Source of the DNA: Octopus vulgaris
Taxonomy: Eukaryota
DNA: 64,000 bases
Direction of reading: 5' to 3'
Assembly (NCBI GenBank): GCA_951406725.2
Contig: OX597833.1
Coordinates: 30,194,001-30,258,000, forward strand
Both the position numbers and the translations under genes were made by a program. Shown piece by piece: positions 25,791 through 37,594 of this stretch (its first letter is position 1; each line of letters starts with the position of its first letter). The notes below the pieces were generated by a model. That model was not told the origin of the DNA. It saw only the letters and a program-made list of their open reading frames with translations, and ran no database searches.

Positions 25791-26258
25791 ATGCTAATAT
25801 TATATTATTATTATATTATATTATATTATTATTACATTATTATTATTACATTAGCAGGGATGTAATCTTGAGGTTTTGTGACAAGCCTCCTCAAATCTCA
25901 AGAATCTTTCTTTGGATTCTTGTAGAGTACAAGATTGCATTTTTCTGCAGGTCAGTAATTTGAGTCTCAATTTCAGTATCCTTCAGACTCTTTGATGGTA
26001 GTTTGGATATTGTCCTGATTAATATTATTATTCATTATTATTGAATGCAACAATCTGGCAGAATCGTTAGCATGATGGGCAAAATATTTAGTGACATTTC
26101 ATCTGTACTTATGTTGTTAGTTCAAATTCTACCAAGGTTGACTTAGCCTTTCATCCTTTCGGAGTCGATAAAATAAGTGCCAATTGAGCACTGGGATCAA
26201 TGTAATTGACTCATCCCCACCCCCAATCTTGCTGGCCTTGAGCCACAATTTGAAACTA

Positions 26259-26309
<51 letters not shown>

Positions 26310-26530
26310 TTTATTGAAGATGGTGAACTGAGAGAATTATAAAAGTGTCAGAAAAAAATCTTTTGCAGTGTTCGTTTTAGTTCATTACATTCTGAGTTTA
26401 AATGCCATCAAGACCTATTTTCAACTCTCTGCAGTCAATAAAATAAAGTACTAGTCAAGTACTGGGGTTAGTGATGCTGGCTAACCCACTCCTCTTAAAA
26501 CTGCTGGCCTTGTGCCTTAATCAGAACCCA
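25190..26530 (+). repeat. cluster of four co-oriented Nin/Deu-domain-like SINEs with (ATT)n tails
   Basis: The core gcctttcatcctttYggRgtcRataaa.taagtRcca occurs at ~25243, 25621 and 26146, with a degenerate copy at ~26420. (ATT)n runs at 25750-25850 and 26262-26315. Confidence 0.8.
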
Positions 26531-26636
26531 TTGTTATAGTTGCTGTAGCTGTTATTATTATCATTGTTTTTATTTTTTCATTTGTTTTTTAATTAAAATT
26601 CTAAACAGTTTATATTTTTCTTTTGAACGTGTTTAG

Positions 26637-26812
26637 CATCATATTATAAAGAATCACTGAGCAGAATGAATGGTTCTTTGAGTAATGGTTCCCACCATTC
26701 CCACCATAACCAGTACTGTCAACACAGCCCCATACAACCAACACCAAAGTCCTACACTGTCACTGACCTAATTGATGGCTATACTTCAGCACCTATATCT
26801 TCAAAACCTATG
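26637..26812 (+). CDS. ihog: Ihog/CDON/BOC-like exon: cytoplasmic tail 1
   Basis: Acceptor gtttAG|CA, donor ATG|GTAATT, phase 1 to 0. Open frame ASYYKESLSRMNGSLSNGSHHSHHNQYCQHSPIQPTPKSYTVTDLIDGYTSAPISSKPM. Confidence 0.75.
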
Positions 26813-27504
26813 GTAATTTATTAGATATCTATCTAAAACTTTTACTTTCTCTCTTTCTTTCTTTCCTTCTCCCCATTTCTCTGTCTGTCTGTCTCTCTCT
26901 CTCTCTCCCCCTCTCCCTCTCCTCTCTCTTGATTTTTCGAAATCCATGTGTTAACAGACAGCTTTAATATGCTCATGTTCATCAATACCTTATCTACTGT
27001 AAATTTTCACACAACTACTACTACTACTACTGCTGCTGCTACTACTACTACTACTGCTGCTGCTACTACTACTACTACTGCTGCTGCTACTGCAACAGTA
27101 GCAGTTATGTGTCTTTGATAAGTTATAAATTGCAACTATGTAGGTAACCTCTGACCCAAGTGAATAAGTATTTTTTTAGTCAGCAAAGAGAACGAAGTGT
27201 GGAATGAGACTTTGAAAAGGAAAGAAGTTGAATGGAGTGAAAGAAATGTTAGCTAAAACATATGCCAATGTGAGGGGGAGGGCAAGGAAAGAATAATGCT
27301 TGAAGGGAGTTAGAAGTTAGGTTAGTTTGTCTAAATGTGGTTAAAGTTCTTTAATTAGCCTAAAAATAGTTTTACACCAGTCACACTAACAAATTTGTAG
27401 AACTAATCTTGGAAAATACAAATGAAAGGAATTTGTGTAGTGAGATTACTTAAATAAAAACTGAAACTACCCAAGGCTTTGCTCATTTACAACAGTGTTT
27501 CACA

Positions 27505-28680
27505 CATCATCATCATCTTTTAATATCCATTTTCTATGCTGGCATGGGTTGGACAGTTTGACAGGAGTTGGCCAACTAGGGAACTGCCCAGGCTCCATTC
27601 ATCTATTTTGGCACAGTTTCTTTAGTTGGATGCCCTTCCTAATGCCAACCACTTTATAGAGTGCACTGAGTGCTTTTACATGATACCAGCATGGGTGCTT
27701 TTATGTGGTACCAGCACCCATAAACCCACAAGATTAGGATCTTTTGCCTAAGTGGGGAATGTAGAGGACATGCATGTATGCATAAATAGCCAGAATTTTA
27801 CATGAGAAGACACATCATCTTCTCAAGCACAGCAAACTGCAAGAAGTCTTGGTCTCTTGCCATCTCATCTATGAGACCCAACATCTGAAGATTTTTTCTT
27901 ACCACTTCATCCCACATCTACTTGGGTCAATCCCTTCCACATGTTCCCTCCACACTTAGAGATCAGCAGTTCTTTATTTAGCTGTCCTCGTCAATGTGCA
28001 TCTCATGGCCATACCAGTGCAGTATTCCTTCTTGCACATTACTTTTGATGCCTCATATACCCAATTTTTCTCTCAAATCACTTACACCCTGTCGTACATG
28101 CACACTGACATTGCTCATCCAGTGAAGCATGCTGACTTCATTTCTTTCAAGCATTCACATGTTCTCAGTAGCTACAGCCCATGCAATCATACAATCTGCC
28201 TTTCACACTGAAGGAGAGGCCTTTTGTTACCAACAAAGGTAGCAGCTCTCTGAATTTTGTCCTGCCTGTTCTTAATCTATCAGCTACACTTTTGGAACTA
28301 CCTCCTCCATTGCTAACTTTGTCACCAAAGTAATGGAAACTATCTACCACTTCTAAGGATACCCCTGGACATTTGAGTGGGGATCTGTACATTCCTGGTG
28401 TTTAATGTACCTGCACATCTGCCACATATAAAGACTATTTCTCTGTTGAACTTCCTATGATACCGTTGCACCACTTATATGTCCATAATTTGCACTGGGT
28501 ACACCATATGGAATTTCTACCTACCCCTTTTCTACATATCGAGTAGGGCCATCTCCCTGAAGGGATAAGTGATTTGTCTGTTTTCCTACTTACCAGGACT
28601 AAGCTCTTTGCTAAATTAACTCTAAGGCCCTTTTGATTTCAGCTCTTGCTTCCTCACCTGAAAATTCTTCTCTGGTTCAG
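27505..28680 (-). mobile_element. 5'-truncated RTE LINE
   Basis: The minus strand reads LEVVDSFHYFGDKVSNGGG...FRELLPLLVTKGLS. A PHD-like remnant lies at ~28410-28550, and the tail with (cat)n is at 27505. Confidence 0.88.
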
Positions 28681-28906
28681 CCAGCGCACAATCTGAAAAA
28701 TATTGTATCTTTCACCTCTCCCCTTGTCTTAGTATAACTTATATATCCCTGTCCCATATTTTTTTTTCTTTGTAAACCCCCTGCTTCACATCCCTTCATG
28801 TTTTTATACATCCCTTTGAGCCATAGGGCTATTAAAGAAAAGTTGTTTTTTTTTTAATTGCCAAAATCATTCTTTTCATTTTTCTTTTTTTCCTTTGTTC
28901 GTTTAG

Positions 28907-29027
28907 TATCCTGGTCACGTTGGCAATCATGTACACGAAGATATGTACAACCATTCTGTAGGAGATTCTAACTGTAATAATATTGATCAGTCTAAAAGCC
29001 CACAAATTATGCAAGTTAAGCATACAG
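28907..29027 (+). CDS. ihog: Ihog/CDON/BOC-like exon: cytoplasmic tail 2
   Basis: Long pyrimidine tract + tttAG|TAT, strong donor CAG|GTAAGC. It is 121 nt, phase 0 to 1, and exactly bridges the phase gap between its neighbours: YPGHVGNHVHEDMYNHSVGDSNCNNIDQSKSPQIMQVKHT. Confidence 0.8.
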
Positions 29028-29964
29028 GTAAGCTTTACTGATTCATCTCTTTACGGAGCTCATAAGTTCTATTTCTTATTGGTTTCTTTTTCTATTGACT
29101 TTGTCCTCTTGAATGTTCAACACTGCATGCCAATAAAATGTTAATATCAATTATACTATAGGAACTCAAAAAAACAGCTAATATTACTAAATCTTTTGTT
29201 CTCATAGTTCCATTTTCAATGGTTGACCAATCATGCAGCCAGTTTAACACCAAGTTCTTTGGTTCCATTAACTGTATAGACAATGTTGTCAACATTCAGA
29301 CCAGAAGCTTGAATCCCCACTCATATTTTTCTGCAGATATTTAAGCTGGTCATTAGCCCCATCAGTCCAACCATTCTGGGAAAACAAGACAGCAAATCTC
29401 ATGAACACTATCTCTTTTGCCCTGATTAACTTAAATGAAAAACAAATTCTGGTGCCATGAAATGGTGGGGGTCTATTAATGAAGCTGTAGGTGGTGTTGT
29501 GTTAAGCAATGTTAATCTGCTTTAAAATCTGTGGTTAGTCAAAATTTGAAAGATAGAATTTATCAAGAAGTGATTCTGCTGGTTGTGATGGTCACTATTT
29601 AAAATCTTGTAGAATATTTATCAAAGGGTGATTTTGCTGGCAATGATGGTTGTGTTAATACTAATTAGAACCAAAGAGCAATGAAATACTTAGCAAATTA
29701 TTTCTTCCTACATGCCTATACTCAGATTAAAAATGGTTAAAGTCAGTTTTTGAAGATAAATTCTTCAAACTTTTCAATTGATTAATTGTTAAATAAATTT
29801 GATAGATGTATCATTATTTCTAATGGGAAAATTTTTTATTTACACTTAAATTATCAAGTTCTTTTTATAAGTGTTTCATTTCATAACCTTCATCAAATTC
29901 ATCCCTATTATTTCGTCTTCTGCAATAGAAAAGTATATTGTAAATCTTTCTCATTTTTTTATTC

Positions 29965-30072
<108 letters not shown>

Positions 30073-30106
30073 CAATTCTAAAAAAGATACTTATGAAATC
30101 TTTCAG

Positions 30107-30472
30107 GATCAAATAACAGCCATCAGCATGCTAATTGCACTAAATTAGAAAAACTGAAACCTGGTGGTTCTTTAAATGGTCTAGAACGTATACTGCCAGG
30201 TAATAAACCAGGACACTTGATGTCCTCTTCAAACAGTGTCAATCACAGCTGTGGCTCATATGAAAAAATGCCCACCGTGTCAAGTAACAATTGTTTATTC
30301 CATCCACAAGAGAATTCTATGGTTCCAAATACTAAGGAACATTCACAACCTTCTGATAACTTTCTCATAATGAACTCACACAACTCAAAACCTAAGAAGA
30401 GACGACAGAGGCAGTATACATATGAACACTCAACACGAGACCAAGCCACCAACACTGACCTCAGTAGTAATG
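30107..30472 (+). CDS. ihog: Ihog/CDON/BOC-like exon: cytoplasmic tail 3
   Basis: Acceptor tttcAG|GA, donor G|GTAAGT, phase 1 to 1. 366 nt open: GSNNSHQHANC...KPKKRRQRQYTYEHSTRDQATNTDLSSN. Confidence 0.82.
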
Positions 30473-30934
30473 GTAAGTTACAATTCTTCTTATTTCTTTT
30501 CAAGCAAGATTATGGTCATCTCTTGACCATATTTTGTTCCACCAGGGTTTGCTAGACGTCCTCATAAAGCTTACTTGATCCAGACCTCAGAGTGATTACA
30601 TTAGTTAGAAACAGGCATCTATCATCCACAGGCTGGAATGCTAAAATGCTAACTAAGTAGTTCTGGTGGCTATCCTGTTTCCATTTCTGTAGTCAGTCTC
30701 TAGTCAGTCTCAGTTTAAACATAACATTCGCTTATTGGATAAGGAGAATGTCTCAATTGGACCTACTGGCATTTGCACCAGTATTTAAGCCAGTTAGAGA
30801 ACAAGTAAATGTTCAGCTGATCTACTAAAAATAACAGTCAAATCACTCAAATTACTATCTTTAAAAAAAATGCAAAGATAATATAGTCCTAGATAGATAC
30901 ACTGTCTCTAAAAAGATCTCCCTTAAATGACATC

Positions 30935-32057
30935 ATTTTTTGTACTTTTATTTTTCAAAATTAAGATATACAGAGTTCTTTTTTAATCTAAAATAAACTC
31001 ACATTCATTTTCTACAATACTCTTCCATCTATCTGGTAGACTTGCAAGGTCCCTCTTCCAAAAATCAGTAGTCTGTGAAGAAAAATACTCCTCCAGTAAT
31101 ATTCTAACCGCATCTACAGAATTCATATTTTTTCCGTCCAAATGATTTTGAAGACCGTGGAATAAATGATAATCAAATGGAGCAATGTCCAGGGAATATG
31201 GTGGGCTGGGCATTGTTTCTCATTCAAACTGCTCCAGCCTTTGGAATATCATCCTTGCTGTATGTGGCTGAGGAATATCCTGATGGAGGAACACGTTTCA
31301 TCTTGAAACCAAAGATGGTCGTTTTTCTTCTATCGCTGACTAAAGCAGCTCAAGCAGCTCGCAGTAGATCTTTGTTATTGTTTGGTTTGGGTTTAAAAGT
31401 TCAGCGCTTAACATTTTTATAGGGAATCCATTTCTCATCACTGGTCACTATTTGCTCCAAAAAAGGTTCATTGATGAGATGTGACAGCAAAGAAGAGCAC
31501 ACATTCACTCTCTGTGTGCAATTAAACTCGGAAACTTTGTGAGGAACCCATTGACCCAATTTTCTGACTTTTCCGATGGCACACAGGTGTCAATGAATGC
31601 CTGAATGACCAAATCCAAGCTTCTCTGCTTGTTCCTTAACAGTTATGATGGGATTTTGTTCCACCAGGGTTTGCTAGACGTCCTCATAAAGCTCTATGGC
31701 CCTTCCAGGACAAGGCTCATCTTCTAGGTTGTAGTTTCTGGCTCAGAATTTCTGGAACCACCGTTGACACTGGCTTACACTTATTGTCCGATCCCCATAT
31801 ACTGCATCCATTGTGTTGTTGCCTATGAACTGATGAAGCAAAATACGCTGAATATGCTCCTTTTTCACTTCCATTATAGCTTTGAAAAAAATGACTGTTA
31901 AAATCAAACTGCACTCTTCAAAACTTGCACTAAGAATAAGGACAAGGCAAAATTACTACCTGCTTTTATAACAAGTTGATGCAGGTAGTTTATCCTGTCC
32001 CTTCTGACTTTTAGTTCATGCAGTTGATAAAACTGTATTATTTATGGGATGACCCAA
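30935..32057 (-). mobile_element. mariner (DD34D-like) transposon, decayed
   Basis: The minus strand reads WVPHK, VTSDEKWI and PPYSLDIAPFDYHLFHGLQNHL. The 5' TIR ttatgggatgacccaa+TA is at the right end. Same family as 37595-38874. Confidence 0.9.
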
Positions 32058-32453
32058 TACATCCACTTTCTATGCTGGCATGAGTTAGACGGTTGAAAGG
32101 AGCATATATTTCTCATAAACTTCACTTTTGGCTTGGTTATTATGATTAGATACCAACCACTTCACAGAGTGTACTGGACGCATACTTTCATGGGTCTCAT
32201 ACAGGAGAAGTTGTTACATCTTTGAGAAGGCTAAAAGGTCCTATCAACCTGACACTTAACAAGGGTGTACTGAATGCATCTATCATAGTACCAGTACACT
32301 GGTATGGGTGAGAGTAAGAGATAGATAAATGGTGAAAGTGAGTGTTGATAGAAATAGTCAGGTAAGGAGTATGGGTAGAACGTATGGGGTGTATACAGAT
32401 CTGGTGAGATACTTTAAGTGTGTATATAATATATGTGTATGTATGTATGTATA

Positions 32454-32509
<56 letters not shown>

Positions 32510-33768
32510 CTCAAAAGGGTGTTAGAGATAAGAGAGAAAAATCTGTGAAGTTTTGGAAAGAGAATAGATATGTCTTTTGGCATCTCGAGTTGTACTGGAA
32601 GCAATATACAGAACCTAAAAGATCCTCTATTATCCTTCATAACATTTGCAGTATATTAGCAGAAGATGAAGAGGAGATTGTGATCAGGATATGAGTTATA
32701 AGAGCAACAGAAATATGGGTAACAATAGCATGGATAACAGATGAATGAGTGATAGAATGACTGATAAGAGGGGCAAGTGGCAGGTATGTTAGAGGGATGA
32801 GAGGCTATCAAGAAACTAAAGCTAGAACCTTGACAGTATACACACACAAATGTTTGTATGTACCATAACCTAACAGTATGTGCCTATATATACTCATATA
32901 CACCTACATATACAGAAATTTAAACCTCTATTTTGCCATCTATACATGCTTAAACACCTGTTTCTAAACAGGCATGTCTCTTTTTACACAGCATGTCCCC
33001 ATCAGCACAATGCCTCGTCATTTCTTCTATGAGATGCAACAGCTTCAAATCTGTTTTCATCACTTTGTCCCATGTCTTCCTTAGTCTCTCTCTTCTACAG
33101 GTTCCATTTGTTTTGAACATATGGCACTTCTTTATAGAGCTCTCCTCCTCCAGATTCAACACATGCCCATAAAAACAGTTTTGACACTACATCTGATTCC
33201 TCCTCTGTGCATTACAAATATTAGTCACCTAGTGGATTGTGCTTGCATCAGCTCTTTCTCAGGAAGAAACTGTAAATTGACCTTTAGTAGTTTTGATGTA
33301 CTGCAGAAAATATGTCTTTTGTCCTCTGATTTTAATGCATGCATCTTAACACATACACAAATCAACTATTTGGAACTCTAATTCCTTTTTGCATTTTCTA
33401 TTCACCAGCAACTAAACAGTTGCTCAGTTTAACCATCACCTGGCTTTTGGATGTCTTTATTCTAAGTCTAGTTTCAGGGTGATTCCTTTCCTTCTTCGTT
33501 TCATTATTCCATTTCATTGAGTCATCTTTAATCCACAGATGGATGAAGCCTCAATATGTCATTGCCAGATTATCTTTGCTGTTTGTAAGACTTACCCATC
33601 CATTTTAGCCAACTGTAAATTAGACAAGATGTTCTTGTGGTTGTAGACTTACCTGTCCACATTAGCCAATTGTAGGTTACCTCAGTAAAGGTATTTGATG
33701 TAATTGTAGCATTGTTATATTTTCTTAATTTCAAATTATATGCTTTTATAATTTCTTTTTAATTTCAG

Positions 33769-33917
33769 AAGGCACTCTGGAATTTTCTCCTTTGAAGAAA
33801 TCACCATCTATACCCGATAAAGAACTCATTTCTTCAGCATACAGTTTGTCCAATTCAAAACCAAGTATGCAGGCACTAAATACAGACACTCCTATATTAG
33901 AAGAAAATGCTTGTTGA
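33769..33917 (+). CDS. ihog: Ihog/CDON/BOC-like terminal coding exon
   Basis: Acceptor tttcAG|AA, phase 1: EGTLEFSPLKKSPSIPDKELISSAYSLSNSKPSMQALNTDTPILEENAC, TGA at 33915-33917. Candidate AATAAA signals at 34421 and 34433. Confidence 0.78.
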
Positions 33918-35320
33918 GGGTTAATCAACTTTATAGTTCTTACCAAGAATTTATTATCCTAACCCGAAGAATGTTCAGCAATGTACATGTGTGTGTTGCA
34001 TGACTTGTAATGTAACATAACCTACACAGCTTGTTCAGAATTTGAAAGCAAAACATACAGGTTACACCTTGTAACAGTTTTAAATACATCATCATCATCA
34101 TCATTCTCATATCATCCCCATCATCTTCATCATAATCATCATTGTCATCTTTTATAAATATCATATCACTGAAGTAAAAAAAATGTTTTGAGGAGTAAAA
34201 TTAAATCTACAAAATAATAAGAGAAAAGACAAGAAGTTTCCAGAAAGATTTTATTTTTTCCCATCTCCTGCATTATCTGCTTTTTGTTATTGAAGTAGAT
34301 TTTGACTTCCAAACAGGATTATCAAAACTTCTGAAATACTAATACTACTAATGATAATATCAAAAAAGAAAAAGAAATACAAAAAGAAAAGACAGTAAGT
34401 AAATAGAAAGGATTGGGCAAAATAAATAACTCAATAAAAAAATTATATAAAAAAGGCAAAACTAAAAAAAAAGAAAAAAAGAAACGAGAAATTTGTGATT
34501 CTTTCCTCATACAGAGAAATATATAATTTGATAGCATTTTGTTAATTTATGTACACAATTCAAAAATTGTCTTCAGAAGCTGAATCTTTGAGTAATAGAA
34601 TGGAATGAAAAGAGTAATTGCATATGCCCTTGAGGATATATATATATATATTAACATCACCATTGTTGTCATTGTTTTAATGTCCACTTTTCCATGCTCA
34701 AGTGGATCAGACAGAATTTATTGTGTCAGATTTTCCATTCGCCTCTTCTGTCACCAAACTGCACCTGTTTCCAAGCAAGGTAAAATTCCCCCATGACATT
34801 CATGGAAGATTGGAAATGGAAAACACTTCTTGCATGATAGTGACACGTTTTTACAACTATCATGCAAAGTCAAAGCAAAAAGACAGTAACAAACACATGC
34901 ATGCATATGTACATGCATATATATATAATGTGTGTGTGTGTGTATGTGTGTATATCTTTTATCTTTTACTTGTTTCAGTCATTAGATTGTGGTCATGCTG
35001 AAGTACCAGCTTGAAGTTGTTCATTTAGTTAAATGAATCAACTTAAATAATTATCTTTATAGCCTTATTCTCACTTATGGGTACATAAACAAACCAACAC
35101 CAGTTGTCAAGTGGTGGTGAGGTACAAAAACACACAGACACATGCATATTTATATATAATGGGTTTCTTTCAGTTTCTGTCTACCAAATCCACTCACAAA
35201 GCTTTGGTCAGCCTAAGGCTATAGTAGAAGATACTTGCCAAAGATATCATATACACATAGATACACATGCATATGTATACATACATACATACATATATAT
35301 ATGTGTGTGTGTGTGTGTGT

Positions 35321-35950
35321 ATAGCTAAAGGAGAACGACCTCCACATAAACCAAAAAAAAGGTATAAGGACTTGCTGAAGGCTTCCTTAAGAGATGCTTG
35401 CATCTCTCCTGACACATGGGAGGGCATAGCTATTGATTGTAGCAGGTGGAGAAGGATTGTGCACGAGGGGACAACTACTTTTGAGAAATCTCGAGTTGCA
35501 CATGAGAAAGTAAGGAGGAATATCAGGAAGGGAATCGCTGTTACACTTCCAGAAGGGAAGGGTCTTCCTTTTGATTCTGACATGCAATATCTGTGCAAGA
35601 CCCTGCCATGGTAAAGCTGGACTCATGAGTCATCTTCGTAGTCATAAAACAAGACAGATGAGTGACAACCTGGCCACTGGTGGTGGTGTAACACACCATA
35701 CTAATCATATCTGTCAGGCATGTGGAAGAGAGTGTAATTCGGCAGGAGGACTTAAACGACATACAAATGTACATAAAGCCCAGTTACAACTACAGCCGGC
35801 TATTGCTGGTAAAGGTTTTAGCTGCCAATTCTGTACAAGACATTGTAGTTCTTTAGCTGGGCTAAAAAGTCACATTCGATCACAGCACCAATAACAGTTG
35901 AGCTTCGTGCAATGGCTATACTCAATAACGAGGGGTCAGCCATCATCATA
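35321..35950 (+). mobile_element. 5'-truncated RTE LINE 3' end encoding three C2H2 zinc fingers
   Basis: GERPPHKPKKRYKDLLK...WEGIAIDCSRWRRIVHEG is the typical RTE ORF2 C-terminus. After a frameshift come CNIC..HLRSH, CQAC..HTNVH and CQFC..HIRSQH, then a short UTR ending (cat)n. Confidence 0.85.
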
Positions 35951-35959
35951 TATATATAT

Positions 35960-36744
35960 CATATATGGGTACAGAATATTGCTAATGATGCAAATAACAT
36001 GAAATACATAAACAAACGAAGGAAAAGTGAGTGAAATACATAAACAATGAGAAAAAAATGGAGAACAGGACAAGTAAACACATAGAAAGAACGCTTCATC
36101 AGTTGTTGGCTGTCTATCTACTCTTCATTTCGAGCATTCAACGACAATATGAGTCTTCAAAGACAGTTGTTCGCACATATTCTAAAATAAAATTTAGGAT
36201 TTAAGGAGGGTCAAAGTTGGGAACAAAAAAATAACAGTGGAGACATACAAGGAAACCAAATGAAAGCAAACATGGCGGGTTGTTGGACCAGAACGAGAGG
36301 AAAATAGTGAACACTGGGAGAAACATTTTTTTTTTTGAAAAGAGAAAAAGACACATCAACTCAGACGTTTAAAAGAGTGGATGTGTTTTTCTCTCTCTCT
36401 TTTCAAAACAAATGTTTCCCCCAGTGTTCACTATTTTCCCTTCATTCTGGTCTAACAACCCTCCATGTTTGTTTTCATTTGGTTTCTTTGTATGTCTCCA
36501 CTGTCAATTTTTTGTTCCCAACTTTGACCCTCCATAAATCCCAAATTTTATTTTAGAATATGTGGGAGCAACTGTCTTTGAAGACTCATTGTCGTTGAAT
36601 GCTCAGAATGAGGAGTAGATAGACAGCCAACAACTGATGAAGGGTCCTTTCTATGTGTTTACTTGTCCTGTTCTCCAATTCTTTCTCAATGTTTATGCAT
36701 TTCATGCTGTTTTCACTGTTGGTGACGTCCTGTACCCATATATG
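35960..36744. repeat. ~785-bp long inverted repeat (foldback/MITE-like)
   Basis: The ends catatatgggtacag and ctgtacccatatatg pair, and the arms are complementary throughout. The centre is near 36365-36375. Confidence 0.92.
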
Positions 36745-37594
36745 CTTGTATATATATTATTTAATTGAACAAAACGCATCCATTTCCAACTAAATACACA
36801 CACACATATATAATGAGTGTGTGTGTGTGTATATATATGTATGGATGTGTATGTATATATTTTCACACACACACACACACATATATATATGGGTCTTTGA
36901 AATATTTGAAAACGGGTCCAATGAACATATTCTATATTTTATGAAGGGCAATTTTTCTTTATAATGAGTTATTGAAACTTGGTTTAAATGTCTGCATCTG
37001 CATTCCATTAGAAAATTGAGCACACACATACACACACACATTCATTATAATTTGTAAACATCTAATTATTACAGTGGGAAAATTATCAGAAAAGCCATTC
37101 TTATTCATTTCAATGGATGGAGAGGCAGATTTGACTACTGTAGTTGTTCATTGCTGCAATTCAACTAATCTATGAATACTCTGTTTAAACACCACTTATA
37201 TAACACCAAATCATGAATTGAAGCAGCTTTTATATGGCCACTTGGCTTGCTTGATAAAAACAGCAAAGCCAAATCTTCTTCAAATCATATTCAGCCTGTC
37301 CTAGGAATGGGCAAGGAGAAATACATTAGAATGAATAGGCCTAACTATACAAGAAAAGAGATGATTGTCATGGTTGGAGATATCTTTGATCAGAGCTGAT
37401 AAGTTGTTGAAATACTAATAATGAAACGTTATACTTGATTTAAGATAGATGAATTATGTATAAATTGTGATATAAGTGGGCTGTGAGAGGAGATTACATT
37501 ATAAGATTAATAAATTCAAGTTGGTGCTTCTTGCTATGTGAAGATAAAAACTTATATATGTGTATGCATATATATGCGTGTGTGTGTGTGTGTA

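Noticed and set aside
27013-27095. Poly-Thr/Ala coding repeat
   Set aside because: It is an intronic (CTA)/(CTG) microsatellite with no compatible splice sites.
35571-35894. Stand-alone C2H2 zinc-finger host gene
   Set aside because: There are no TGEKP linkers or splice sites. It is contiguous with the RTE ORF2 C-terminus and an RTE-type tail.
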